Assembly (NCBI GenBank): GCA_016182485.1 | Contig: JACPGH010000005.1 | Coordinates: 64,305-128,304 of the forward strand | Direction of reading: 5' to 3' | Length of the DNA: 64,000 bases | DNA from: Candidatus Kaiserbacteria bacterium | GTDB lineage: Bacteria; Patescibacteriota; Minisyncoccia; Phycocordibacterales; Phycocordibacteraceae | Shown here: one piece after another, positions 36,726-46,323 of the stretch | How positions within the stretch are numbered: position 1 is the first letter of the stretch | Layout of the letters: the number at the start of each line of letters is the position of its first letter | The notes under the pieces: model-generated | The model's input: only the letters and a program-made list of their open reading frames with translations | Database searches by the model: none | What the model was told of the DNA's origin: nothing | Position numbers and translations under genes: made by a program

Positions 36726-38107
36726 ATCTGGAGCCTGGAAACTTGATACTGGAGGCTGGCGGAAAGAGGCCCAGTAACCAGCAACTAGCAACTAGCAACC
36801 AGCGTGGCTACGTTCTCTTGCTTACACTGGTTTTTATGGGCATCTTCGCAACAGTCGCAACTGCGCTCGTAGGTTCCGTAATTTCTTACGGGAAAGTAGA
36901 GCGATCTAGAGTAGCGAGCGCTCAAGCGCTCGCCATTGCGGAAGGCGCGCTCGATCTCGCCGTCGAGCGATTAAATGACGATCCATTCTACGGCGGCACT
37001 GCTGAAACGTCCCTAGGAGAAGGGACATTCACGATCGAAGTCGCGACCATCGACCAAGAAACAAGGCGGGTCACCGCCACCGGTTATGTGCCGAGCAGCG
37101 GGGAAAGGAGGGCAATGAAGACAGTCCGAGCGAATGTCGGGATAGTGGATTCCCGCATCTCATTCCATTACGGAATACAGTCGGGGAACGGCGGTTTCGA
37201 GATGCGCAACAATTCGATAGTAAGCGGAAATATTTTCTCGAACGGAAGAGTGGCAGGCGACGGGACCAATAATATGGTGTACGGGGATATCATTTCCGCG
37301 GGCGCGAACGGCCTCGTCTACGGCGTGCATGCGACCGGAACCGTGCGCGCGCACTCGATCGGAAACGCATCGGCCAACACGATTATTGACACGGATGCTC
37401 ATTACTATGAGACAAAGGTGAATACGACTGTGGCCGGGACTTCTTTCCCGGGCAGCGCGGATCAGACGAGCGCCCCGCTGCCTATATCCGACGCTCAGAT
37501 CGCTTCTTGGGAAGCGCAAGCGGCCGCTGGAGGAGTCGCGAGCTGTTCGGGAGGCCAGTATACGATTTCTTCCGGAGCAATCTCGCTCGGACCCGTTAAA
37601 ATCCCCTGCGATCTCGTGATAAGCAATAGCGCCGTCGTTACCGTACGAGGCCATATCTGGGTAGCGGGGAATATCTCGGTGCAGAACTCCGCCAAGGTGA
37701 AAATGGACCCGTCGCTGGGATCGAAAAATGTCGCCATCATCGCCGATAATCCGGCGAACCGCTTGACGAGCAGTATAATCACCGTCCGGAATACAGCCAC
37801 GTTCGAGAATTCCGGAACTCCCGGCTCGTTCGTCTTCCTAATTTCGCAGAACAACAGCGCGGAGCTGGGCGGCGCCGTCGTGGCCTTCGAACTGGGCAAC
37901 AGCGCTTCCGCGCTCGTCGCATACGCCGCGCACGGGCTCATTCCGCTTGCCAATTCTGTGTCGCTCAGAGAGGTGACCGGCTACAAAATTACGCTCGCAA
38001 ATTCCGCGAGCATCGTGTACGACACCGGCCTCCCTAGCTCTGTTTTTGAATCGGGTCCGGGCGGGAGCTGGAGCTTCGTCCCAGGCACGTACGCGATAAC
38101 GCGCTAG
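36722..38107 (+). CDS. PilX-like large minor pilin
   Basis: RG|YVLLLTLV, QALAIAEGALD; beta-rich C-terminus. Confidence 0.82.
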   Translation: MNLEPGNLILEAGGKRPSNQQLATSNQRGYVLLLTLVFMGIFATVATALVGSVISYGKVERSRVASAQALAIAEGALDLAVERLNDDPFYGGTAETSLGEGTFTIEVATIDQETRRVTATGYVPSSGERRAMKTVRANVGIVDSRISFHYGIQSGNGGFEMRNNSIVSGNIFSNGRVAGDGTNNMVYGDIISAGANGLVYGVHATGTVRAHSIGNASANTIIDTDAHYYETKVNTTVAGTSFPGSADQTSAPLPISDAQIASWEAQAAAGGVASCSGGQYTISSGAISLGPVKIPCDLVISNSAVVTVRGHIWVAGNISVQNSAKVKMDPSLGSKNVAIIADNPANRLTSSIITVRNTATFENSGTPGSFVFLISQNNSAELGGAVVAFELGNSASALVAYAAHGLIPLANSVSLREVTGYKITLANSASIVYDTGLPSSVFESGPGGSWSFVPGTYAITR

Positions 38108-38190
38108 CTATTAGGCTCTAGGCTCTAGGCGCTAGCAGCCCCAGATCAGGAATAAGCTAGAGCCTAGCGCCTGTCCGAGTGCCTAGAGCC
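38104..38190. repeat. inverted pair of 7-mer arrays
   Basis: ttaggctctaggctctaggcgctagc ... gctagagcctagcgcctg...cctagagcc. Confidence 0.75.
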
Positions 38191-38205
38191 TGCTACTATT
38201 AAGGA

Positions 38206-38982
38206 ATGCTTATCGTCGCGAATTGGAAGGCATACGTGGAGGACCTCGCCCGCGCGAAAAAGCTTTTGGCCGTCTCTAAGCGACTTGCGCGACAAAGCCA
38301 GGCGACTATCGTACTCGCTCCCCCCGCGCCGCTCTTAGGCGCGCTCGCGCTGAACAACCGGTCTAACGTGGCCTTCGCCGCGCAAGACATATCGGTGACG
38401 ACTGGCGGCGCGCAGACCGGCGAGATAACCGCCGGCGCATTCGAGGCGGTCGGCGCCGCCTATGCGCTTATCGGACACTCCGAACGCCGCGCGAGAGGAG
38501 ATACGGCCGTTTCAGTTGCGGAGAAAATTTCCCACGCGCTCGCTCAAGGTTTGAGGCCAATTCTATGCGTCGGCGAACCTGAACGGGATGCCGAGGGACG
38601 GTATCTCTCGTTCATACGCGAAGAACTGACATCCGCCCTGTCTGCTGTCGCGCCCAGGGAGCGCGCGGAAATAATTGTCGCCTACGAACCGCTCTGGGCG
38701 ATCGGTAAGAGTGCCGACGCAGCCGCGAGCGCGAATGACCTCGGCGAAATGACCCTCTATATCCGCAAAGTGCTCGCCGAACTGCTCCCGGGCCGTCCTT
38801 CGCCGGAGGCTTCGGCGAGGCGAGGCAAAAGCTCGCGAGAATCGCTCGTTCTCTATGGCGGCTCCGTAGAGCCGGACAATATTCGCGACCTCGCGGCAAG
38901 CTCCGGCCTGGATGGGTTTCTTATCGGCCACGCCTCGGTGGATCCCCGACTATTCGCGGCTTCGGTAAAGCAGCTCGCGTAG
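38206..38982 (+). CDS. tpiA: triosephosphate isomerase
   Basis: ANWK, IGHSERR, AYEPLWAIG, LYGGSV. Confidence 0.95.
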   Translation: MLIVANWKAYVEDLARAKKLLAVSKRLARQSQATIVLAPPAPLLGALALNNRSNVAFAAQDISVTTGGAQTGEITAGAFEAVGAAYALIGHSERRARGDTAVSVAEKISHALAQGLRPILCVGEPERDAEGRYLSFIREELTSALSAVAPRERAEIIVAYEPLWAIGKSADAAASANDLGEMTLYIRKVLAELLPGRPSPEASARRGKSSRESLVLYGGSVEPDNIRDLAASSGLDGFLIGHASVDPRLFAASVKQLA

Positions 38983-38983
38983 C

Positions 38984-40153
38984 ATGAGGAGCGTCATATC
39001 CATCCCGCGCTTCGAGCACATCCCCATCCTCGTACGCGCGGCGCTCAACGTTCCGATCAAAGACGGGAAAATACTCGACGACTATCGCTTGCGCCGGGCC
39101 CTCACTACGGTCCGCTTTCTCACGCATCGCCGCGCGCGCGTAATCTTAATCGGCCATGTCGGAGAAGCCGGCCTGCCGGCAGGCAGGCAGGGGACGGAAA
39201 CGCTTGCGGATGTCGCGCGAGCGCTTGGTTCCCACATTCCCCACGTATCATTCTGCAAGGAATCGGTCGGGGCCGCCGCGCGAGCGGCAGCGCGCGCGCT
39301 GCCGAGCGGGCACGTGCTCGTACTCGAGAACCTGCGCCGACACCGGGGAGAGACAGCGAACGACCCCGCCTTCGCGCACGCGCTCGCGGAGCTCGCGGAC
39401 GTATTCGTCCAGGACTCCTTCGATGCCAGCCATAGGCCTCACGCCTCGATCGTCGGCATACCGAAAATATTGCCTTCATACGCCGGCCTCCTGCTCGAAG
39501 AAGAAGTGCATGAACTCGAGAAAGCGCGGACGCCCAAGCATCCTGCGCTCGCCGCGATCGGCGGCATGAAATTCAGCACGAAAGAACCGGCGCTGGAATC
39601 GCTAGTCGAAACGTACGACCATGTGTTCGTCGGCGGCGCGCTAGCGACGGATTTTTTGAAAGCGGCGGGCATGGAGATAGGGAAGTCTCTCGTATCAGCC
39701 GCTCCGGATGCGGCAATTAAGACTCTCCTTGAGAATAGGAAGCTCGTCCTGCCGATCGACGCCTGGGTCGTACCGGCTCTTGAGGAAGGGAAACCCGATG
39801 CGCATCGATATGCGCGGCTGTCCTCGATAGAAAGCGTGCGTCCGGATGAAGTCATTCTGGATCACGGCCCCGGCACTGCGGCGCTTCTCGCCGGCCTCGC
39901 GCAGAAAGCGCGCGCTGTCCTATGGAACGGCCCGCTCGGCAATTATGAGAACGGATTCAAGCAGGGAACTCAGGATTTCGCCCGAGCTGTGGCTGACTCG
40001 AGCGCCCGGTCGGTCATTGGCGGCGGCGATACGATCGCGGCCATCGAGGATCTCGGTTTGTTGCCAAGATTCTCGTTCATCTCCACCGGGGGCGGCGCCA
40101 TGCTCGAATTCCTCGCCCGCGGCACGCTCCCAGGCATCGAGGCGTTGAATTAA
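38984..40153 (+). CDS. pgk: phosphoglycerate kinase
   Basis: LNVP, LENLR, LWNGPLG, GGGDT, ISTGGGAMLEF. Confidence 0.95.
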   Translation: MRSVISIPRFEHIPILVRAALNVPIKDGKILDDYRLRRALTTVRFLTHRRARVILIGHVGEAGLPAGRQGTETLADVARALGSHIPHVSFCKESVGAAARAAARALPSGHVLVLENLRRHRGETANDPAFAHALAELADVFVQDSFDASHRPHASIVGIPKILPSYAGLLLEEEVHELEKARTPKHPALAAIGGMKFSTKEPALESLVETYDHVFVGGALATDFLKAAGMEIGKSLVSAAPDAAIKTLLENRKLVLPIDAWVVPALEEGKPDAHRYARLSSIESVRPDEVILDHGPGTAALLAGLAQKARAVLWNGPLGNYENGFKQGTQDFARAVADSSARSVIGGGDTIAAIEDLGLLPRFSFISTGGGAMLEFLARGTLPGIEALN

Positions 40154-40249
40154 CAATTGGCGCGACCCGTTTCGTTTTTATATGCACTGCGAGCGGAATT
40201 CATCGAGGCCTAAGTTTTAATGTGCATACTAAAAAACGGAAAGGAGGGC

Positions 40250-40564
40250 ATGATGGCCCTTAGTTTGTTTCTCGCGCGGACGCCCGATGGGGGAGTGTAT
40301 GCGGTGAACACGAATCTCTCGACCATTGAATTGGTCCGAGGCTGGCTTGAGGAGGCGGGGAGCAAGGACGAGGTCGTGTGGTTCGAGTCATTCGCGCCCA
40401 CCGCCGAGTCGGACGAGCGCATGAACATCGTCGCCGAAGGATTGGCCGCTCTCTGCCAACTCGGCCCCTTCGCCGACGGGCTCGACCGGCTCCTCACCCG
40501 GCTCGCGCGAGGCGCAATGGATGTGGAGCGCCTGCGCCTCACAATGGCTAATCCCGGGCCTTAG
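40250..40564 (+). CDS. hypothetical protein
   Basis: AAGGAGG SD; terminator hairpin with T tract at 40554-40580. Confidence 0.55.
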   Translation: MMALSLFLARTPDGGVYAVNTNLSTIELVRGWLEEAGSKDEVVWFESFAPTAESDERMNIVAEGLAALCQLGPFADGLDRLLTRLARGAMDVERLRLTMANPGP

Positions 40565-40634
40565 GGCCCGGTTCTTTTTTCTATCCACAAAGATGGACGG
40601 TCGTCGTATATCGTTGATAAGTAAAGAAGCGGGG

Positions 40635-40991
40635 CTACGCTGCGGAAACCGAGTCGCTGAATTTTTGCGGAATGAGGTGGATGTGTACGTGCGGTACGTC
40701 TTTGCCAACGATAGAGAGCCGCACGTAATCGGCGTCATATTTTTCTTTCAATTCTTTGGCTAACGTGCGCGCCACCTTGAAAAGATCATTCGCGATATCA
40801 TCCGGCAATTCCCAAAACCACCGGTAATGCGCCGAGGGGACGACGAGCGTATGGCCCGGCCGTACGGGCCGATAGTCGGGAAACGAGACTATCTTGTCAT
40901 CCTCGTGATGCGCCTTCTCGCTCGGCACTTCGCCCCGCACGATCTTGCAGAAAATACAGCTTGCTTCGGAAGAATTTGTGAGGTCATCCAT
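40635..40991 (-). CDS. HIT family protein
   Basis: CIFCKIV, GHTLVVP, HVHIHLIP. Confidence 0.93.
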   Translation of the reverse strand: MDDLTNSSEASCIFCKIVRGEVPSEKAHHEDDKIVSFPDYRPVRPGHTLVVPSAHYRWFWELPDDIANDLFKVARTLAKELKEKYDADYVRLSIVGKDVPHVHIHLIPQKFSDSVSAA

Positions 40992-41036
40992 TCCAGTAGG
41001 ATACCGCAATCCATTCTTGGTACAATCGAGTGCACG

Positions 41037-42788
41037 ATGTTCCAATTACATGACCCGCTCGATTCCGTGATCCGAGAAGAACTCTCCGCCTACGACGACC
41101 TCACTGCCGCCCTGCTCGCCCGCCGCGGCATCGCTACCAAATTGGAGGCCGAGAAATTCCTGAACCCTTCCTATGACGCGCATCTCTTCGATCCGCTTCT
41201 TATGACCGACATGCCGCGAGCCGCCGAGCGGCTCGCGGCGGCTATTATTTCCGGAGAGAAAATCGCGGTTTGGAGCGACTACGACTGCGACGGGATTCCA
41301 GGCGGCGTTCTGCTGCACGATTTCCTGAAAAAAACCGGCGCGCACTTTGAGAATTACATTCCGCATCGGCACGAAGAAGGGTACGGCATGAACGTAAACG
41401 GGGTTGAGAAGCTGGCAAAGGAAGGCGTGGCGCTCATCGTCACGGTAGATTCCGGCATCGTGGATGTCGAACCGATCGCGCACGCGAAAGAATTGGGAAT
41501 GGACGTTATCGTGACGGACCACCATTTGCCTCGCCGCGCCGAAGCTTCAAGCGGGGGCGGGCCGAAGATTATTTTGCCGGACGCGTACGCAATAGTGAAC
41601 CCGAACGCCCGTCCCTCTGAAACATATCCGTTCAAAGAGCTTTGCGGCGCGGCTGTCGCGTGGAAACTAGTGTGCGCTACGTTACGTGTCGAGCCGAAAT
41701 TGAGAGAGCGGATACCGCTAGGATGGGAAAAGTGGCTTCTCGACATGGTCGGGCTCGCGACTATCGCCGACATGGTTCCGCTTGTCGGCGAGAACCGCGT
41801 ACTCGCGACCTACGGCTTGAAGGTCTTGCGCCGTTCGCCGCGCCTGGGCCTGCAAAAATTGTGCCGCGCGATGCGGGTGGACCAGCGCGAGCTTACGGAA
41901 GACGATATCGGCTTCATGCTCGCGCCGCGCGTGAACGCGGCGAGCCGCATGGGCGATGCGCGAGACGCGTTTCGTCTCTTCACGACTGCGGACGAGGCGG
42001 AAGCCGAGGCGCTCGCGAAAAAATTGGAGCAGGCGAATAGACAGCGCAAGGCCGAGTCCGGCGCGATTACTCGCGCCGTGCATACGCGGCTCAAAGAGCG
42101 AGAGGTGCGGAGCATAATCGCTCTCGGCGATCCCGCATGGCGGCCCGCATTGCTCGGGCTCGTTGCCGGCACTATTGCAGATGAGTACGAGCGTCCGGTG
42201 TTCTTGTGGGGAAGAGAAGGGAACTTGAGTCTTAAGGGTTCGGCGCGGAGCGGGGGCGCGACGCATATCGTCGAACTTATGCGTTCAACTGAAAATACGT
42301 TCGCCGAATTCGGCGGGCATGCGGCAGCCGGCGGTTTTACCGTTAAAGATACCGAAGTCTTTTTCCTTGAAGACCGTCTGGTCGCGGCGCATGCGCAGCT
42401 TATGAAATATGTAACGGCCGACACCGAATTAGCTCTGCGCGCCGACCTTGTTGTCGCACCCGAAGAACTGGACAGTTCATTCCTCACGCGTATGGAAAAG
42501 CTCGCCCCTTTTGGAGTGCAGAATCCTAAACCAGTGTTCCTATTGCGCGGCATATCCGCGCTCGCTATTTCACACTTCGGAAAAAATGAAGAGCATTTAA
42601 AAGTTAAGATCGGCCCCTCATCTCACAGCCTCGATGCGGTCACTTTCTTCGCGAAGGATTCTCTCCTGCGCACCGCGCGCGAGATGGCGCTCGGCAAGCG
42701 GGCGAACGTTCTCGCGCACATCGAGCGCGACGGCTTCAAACGCGGCAATCTGGTCCGCTTGCGCCTGCTCGACATAAAGCTCGTGTAA
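41037..42788 (+). CDS. recJ: single-stranded DNA exonuclease RecJ
   Basis: DYDCDG, VTVDSG, TDHH, APRVNAASR, FGGHAAAGG; start MFQLHD. Confidence 0.95.
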   Translation: MFQLHDPLDSVIREELSAYDDLTAALLARRGIATKLEAEKFLNPSYDAHLFDPLLMTDMPRAAERLAAAIISGEKIAVWSDYDCDGIPGGVLLHDFLKKTGAHFENYIPHRHEEGYGMNVNGVEKLAKEGVALIVTVDSGIVDVEPIAHAKELGMDVIVTDHHLPRRAEASSGGGPKIILPDAYAIVNPNARPSETYPFKELCGAAVAWKLVCATLRVEPKLRERIPLGWEKWLLDMVGLATIADMVPLVGENRVLATYGLKVLRRSPRLGLQKLCRAMRVDQRELTEDDIGFMLAPRVNAASRMGDARDAFRLFTTADEAEAEALAKKLEQANRQRKAESGAITRAVHTRLKEREVRSIIALGDPAWRPALLGLVAGTIADEYERPVFLWGREGNLSLKGSARSGGATHIVELMRSTENTFAEFGGHAAAGGFTVKDTEVFFLEDRLVAAHAQLMKYVTADTELALRADLVVAPEELDSSFLTRMEKLAPFGVQNPKPVFLLRGISALAISHFGKNEEHLKVKIGPSSHSLDAVTFFAKDSLLRTAREMALGKRANVLAHIERDGFKRGNLVRLRLLDIKLV

Positions 42789-42792
42789 CACG

Positions 42793-42819
42793 AAGTTAGG
42801 ACATCCGATGTCCTAACTT
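42793..42819. repeat. 27-bp palindrome with AAGT/ACTT ends
   Basis: aagttaggacatc-c-gatgtcctaactt. Confidence 0.75.
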
Positions 42820-42862
42820 AAGGGAAATCAGACGCCCCAATATGAGCGTGTATACTCTTAAA

Positions 42863-43285
42863 ATGCAATTCACTATCCACGCCGACGGGGGCGCGAGAGG
42901 AAACCCGGGGCCGGCCGGTGCGGGCGCTATTGTCCGTGACGAACTCGGCAATGCGGTTGCGAGCGTCTCGCAGTTTCTCGGGCATCAGACGAATAATTTT
43001 GCGGAATACGAAGCGGTGATACTTGCATTTGAAAAATTAGCGGCGCTCGTTCCGGAAGGGAAGCGCGGCGGAACCGATGTAATAGTAAAAATGGACAGCG
43101 AACTAATCGTGAAGCAGATGCGCGGCGAGTACAAGGTGAAGCATCCGAATTTAAAAGCGCAGCATGCGCGGCTGCTGCAGTTAATCGGCGCGTTTAAATC
43201 CGTAACGTTCGCGCACGTTCCGCGCGCGCAAAACTCCGACGCCGACGCGCTCGCCAACGCAGCCATGGACCGCGGTGTTTCATGA
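42863..43285 (+). CDS. rnhA: ribonuclease HI family protein
   Basis: DGGARGNPGPAG, TNNFAEY, DSELIV, HVPRAQNSDADALAN. Confidence 0.92.
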   Translation: MQFTIHADGGARGNPGPAGAGAIVRDELGNAVASVSQFLGHQTNNFAEYEAVILAFEKLAALVPEGKRGGTDVIVKMDSELIVKQMRGEYKVKHPNLKAQHARLLQLIGAFKSVTFAHVPRAQNSDADALANAAMDRGVS

Positions 43286-43347
43286 AAATATCAATTCTTA
43301 TCACGGGTGTTTCCGGATCCGGAAAATCAGCGTTTACTAAACCATGA
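43282..43347 (+). pseudogene. 21-aa remnant of a P-loop kinase
   Basis: MKISILITGVSGSGKSAFTKP*, intact Walker A then stop. Confidence 0.65.
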
Positions 43348-45092
43348 GCATTCTCGTCGCTGTCGTTTCCGGATTCGCGAGCGGAGTGTTCCTCCGCTCG
43401 CTGTTCTTTTTTGGTTCGACTCCGCTCACCACAAGTGACTGGCCGGTGATAGCGTTTTTGTTTTTGCTGGCGACGATTCTTATCGTCGTCCCGAGTCTTT
43501 TCGAGGGACCGCCTCGGACCATTTTCAAACTGGGCGCGTTGTTCTGCATTTTTGCCGCCCTTGGCATGCTGCGTGCCGCGCTCGCTGAGACGCCGTTGCC
43601 GCCAGCCTTCGCAAGCCGCGTCGGCGAGCGCGTCTCGTATGACGGGATCGTAGTTTCGGATCCGGATGTGCGCGACAAGAATCAGCGCGTCGAGATCCGC
43701 GTGGCGCAAGGTAGCGAGTCCGTCAAGGTACTCGCCGTCGCGCCGCGCTCGCCGGCCGTCGCGGTGGGCGAGCGCGTCTTTGTATCCGGCACGCTCGAAG
43801 TGCCCGAACCATTTGCCGCCGACGGCGGGCGTATATTTCGCTATGATAAATATTTGCAGCGCGACGGAGTACGCTTCTTATTAAACTTTGCTTCAATTCG
43901 CATCGAGTCTTCTGCGCCTTGGTACTCCGTGCCGGCGGCGCTTGCCAAAATAAAACACGCGTTTCTTAACGGTGCGCGGACTACGCTGCCCGAACCGTAC
44001 TCCGCGCTTGCGAGCGGCATAGTTATAGGAGGCAAATCAAGCCTCGGTCCGGAGCTCAAGGACGCGTTCACCCGTTCAGGACTTATCCACGTTGTCGTGC
44101 TTTCGGGCCACAACGTGATGATAGTCGCGAGCTGGGCGATCGCGTTTTTCCTGTTCGGTTTCGCGCGCGCGGAGCAGCTGATCCGCAAACGCATTCCGAG
44201 CGGCGCGGGCCCCGTTACAAATCGTATTTCTAACGGGGCGGGCATTGCGGCCGGAGCGATCGCGCTCGTTTTGTTCGTCGGCATCGCAGGCGCTTCGGCT
44301 ACTGCGATCCGCGCCGCCCTCATGGCCCTCTTGGCTCTCTACGCCCGCGCGACCGGCCGCTCCTACGCGGCCGGTCGCGCGCTCTTCGCCGTCATCTTCC
44401 TCATGCTCTTATGGAATCCGCTTTATCTCGCGTTCGATCCCGGCTTCGGCCTCTCGGTCGCCGCGACTGCCGGCCTCATTTGGCTCGCGCCTGTTATCGA
44501 GGAGCGGCTCGTCAGGATGCGTGTGCGGAGAGTAGGCCAAGTGCAGCGACGTCCCCGAGCACCTAAAGGTGCGAGGGGTTCGAGCGAAACGCTCTCCGCG
44601 CATGCAACTGGCGAGCCGCGTCCATCGTGGCGAAACGCTCTCGAAAATTTTTCTTCCGAGCGAGCGCCTTCGTTCTGGCTCAACGCCGTCGCGACGACCC
44701 TCTCCGCGCAGATCGCGGTCCTGCCGCTCCTGCTGTATCAAACCGGCAACCTGTCGTTGGTCGCTATTCCCGCGAATTTGATCGCCGCGCTTCTCATTCC
44801 GCTCGCGATGGCTTCTGCTTATCTTGCCGGCTTCGGCGGCGTGTTATTCTCCGCAATTTACCCTCTGCCTGCAGTTTTGGGCCTGCCCGCCTATCTCGTT
44901 ACTGTCGGGCTCATATGGATCGCGCAAACGAGCGCGGCGCTTCCGTTTGCCGCGCTCGCTCTGCCCGCTTTTCCGTTCTGGCTCGTGCTCGCCGCCTACG
45001 CCCTGCTTATTTATTCGCTCTGCCGGCTGGCGGATTCAAAACGCTTTTCCACGATGCCCCGATTGAGATTCGCGAAGAACGCCTCGATGTAG
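43344..45092 (+). CDS. comEC: ComEC/Rec2 competence protein
   Basis: SGLIHVVVLSGHNV, IRAALM, FDPGFGLS, TLSAQIAVLP. Confidence 0.92.
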   Translation: MSILVAVVSGFASGVFLRSLFFFGSTPLTTSDWPVIAFLFLLATILIVVPSLFEGPPRTIFKLGALFCIFAALGMLRAALAETPLPPAFASRVGERVSYDGIVVSDPDVRDKNQRVEIRVAQGSESVKVLAVAPRSPAVAVGERVFVSGTLEVPEPFAADGGRIFRYDKYLQRDGVRFLLNFASIRIESSAPWYSVPAALAKIKHAFLNGARTTLPEPYSALASGIVIGGKSSLGPELKDAFTRSGLIHVVVLSGHNVMIVASWAIAFFLFGFARAEQLIRKRIPSGAGPVTNRISNGAGIAAGAIALVLFVGIAGASATAIRAALMALLALYARATGRSYAAGRALFAVIFLMLLWNPLYLAFDPGFGLSVAATAGLIWLAPVIEERLVRMRVRRVGQVQRRPRAPKGARGSSETLSAHATGEPRPSWRNALENFSSERAPSFWLNAVATTLSAQIAVLPLLLYQTGNLSLVAIPANLIAALLIPLAMASAYLAGFGGVLFSAIYPLPAVLGLPAYLVTVGLIWIAQTSAALPFAALALPAFPFWLVLAAYALLIYSLCRLADSKRFSTMPRLRFAKNASM

Positions 45093-45610
45093 TTCTTCTT
45101 ATCCGCAGGCACGTAGTCGACCATATACGCATGCTCCCAGAGGTCGAGTGCGAGCAGGATCGGCAGACCGGCGAGCTGCCCGAGCTCATGATCGGCGACA
45201 AAAACGGTGTGGAGCGTCTTCGCCCTTGGGTCTGCGTAGACCACTACCCAGCCGACGCCTCGACTGCCGGCAACTTCTATTACATGTTCACGGAAATTCT
45301 CTCCGCTTCCATACTTTTCTATAACTGATAGGGCGAGCGCTGAACTGGGTTCCGGTGCCATAGGTCCGCCCTCAAACTGTTCGAAATAGTATTCATGCAT
45401 GCGCATGCCGTTAAATTCAAACGAGAGCCGCCGGCGCAGTTCTGCGATCACATATTGATCGGAGCCGCCTTCTTTCAGTTTCTGGATCTGCTCGATGATG
45501 AGATTCACATGCTTCACATACCCTTCGTACAAACCGAGGTGCACCTTGATCTGCTTTTCGGACAGGCCCTCGAGAGCCGGCAGGTTGAATGTTCTTGGCG
45601 AGTAGGTCAT
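45011..45610 (-). CDS. Fe/Mn superoxide dismutase family protein
   Basis: HLGLYEGYV, HEYYF, LDLWEHAYMVDY. Confidence 0.9.
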   Translation of the reverse strand: MTYSPRTFNLPALEGLSEKQIKVHLGLYEGYVKHVNLIIEQIQKLKEGGSDQYVIAELRRRLSFEFNGMRMHEYYFEQFEGGPMAPEPSSALALSVIEKYGSGENFREHVIEVAGSRGVGWVVVYADPRAKTLHTVFVADHELGQLAGLPILLALDLWEHAYMVDYVPADKKNYIEAFFANLNRGIVEKRFESASRQSE

Positions 45611-45625
45611 ATAAAGTAATCTATC

Positions 45626-46048
45626 ATGAAGCGGATGCCGCGCGAGATCCCAAAATCTTTCTTGCTTATTATCCTCCTCGCGCTGCTCGCTGCGAATTTA
45701 TTTCTAGCCGGAATGTTTTCCGCCTCGACGCGCATTGTCGAATTTGCGGCAGGGAAGGGTAAAGCGGCTCTTCTCCAAACAGGAAGCGGTGCGACTCTTC
45801 TTATAGATACCGGAGCAGACGCGAGTATTCTCCGCGCTATGGGCGAATCACTGCCGCCCTGGCGCCGGCGCCTCGATGCAGTCGTGCTCACTGGCGCCCC
45901 TTCTGGCGGCCTGTCGGCCGTGCTCGAGCGATATTCCGTCGAGAACATAATCCGCTTCGGCACGCGGGAGATGCCCTATGGCGCCCGTTTGAAAATCGAT
46001 GATTCTATAGCCGAGATCGACGGCCCGGGAAAATTCTCGATCAAATGA
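45626..46048 (+). CDS. short ComEC-associated metallo-beta-lactamase-like protein
   Basis: GKGKAALL, LLIDTG, RRLDAVVLT; the following His motif is absent. Confidence 0.6.
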   Translation: MKRMPREIPKSFLLIILLALLAANLFLAGMFSASTRIVEFAAGKGKAALLQTGSGATLLIDTGADASILRAMGESLPPWRRRLDAVVLTGAPSGGLSAVLERYSVENIIRFGTREMPYGARLKIDDSIAEIDGPGKFSIK

Positions 46049-46283
46049 CGCCCGCTTTCTTGAGCGCGGCGAAAGCGCCGTTCTTCTTTATGGTCTTCAG
46101 CCCTTTCACAGAGACGTCTACGATGACGGTCTTTTCGAGCTCCGGAACATAGAGGCGGCGGCGCTGGAGATTGGCCTTCCGGCGGACTTTGCCGGTCGGA
46201 TTGAATTGCGTCGCGCGCGTGCGGTTACTGTATCGGCCGCCGATCTGCGTCGACTTGCCCGTAATTTCACACTGTCTTGCCAT
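46041..46283 (-). CDS. rpmB: 50S ribosomal protein L28
   Basis: MARQCEITGK...RKANLQ...VSVKGLKTI. Confidence 0.9.
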   Translation of the reverse strand: MARQCEITGKSTQIGGRYSNRTRATQFNPTGKVRRKANLQRRRLYVPELEKTVIVDVSVKGLKTIKKNGAFAALKKAGVI

Positions 46284-46323
46284 AATTGCCGCATGCTACC
46301 ATAAGCTTCTGCATAGGTAAACC

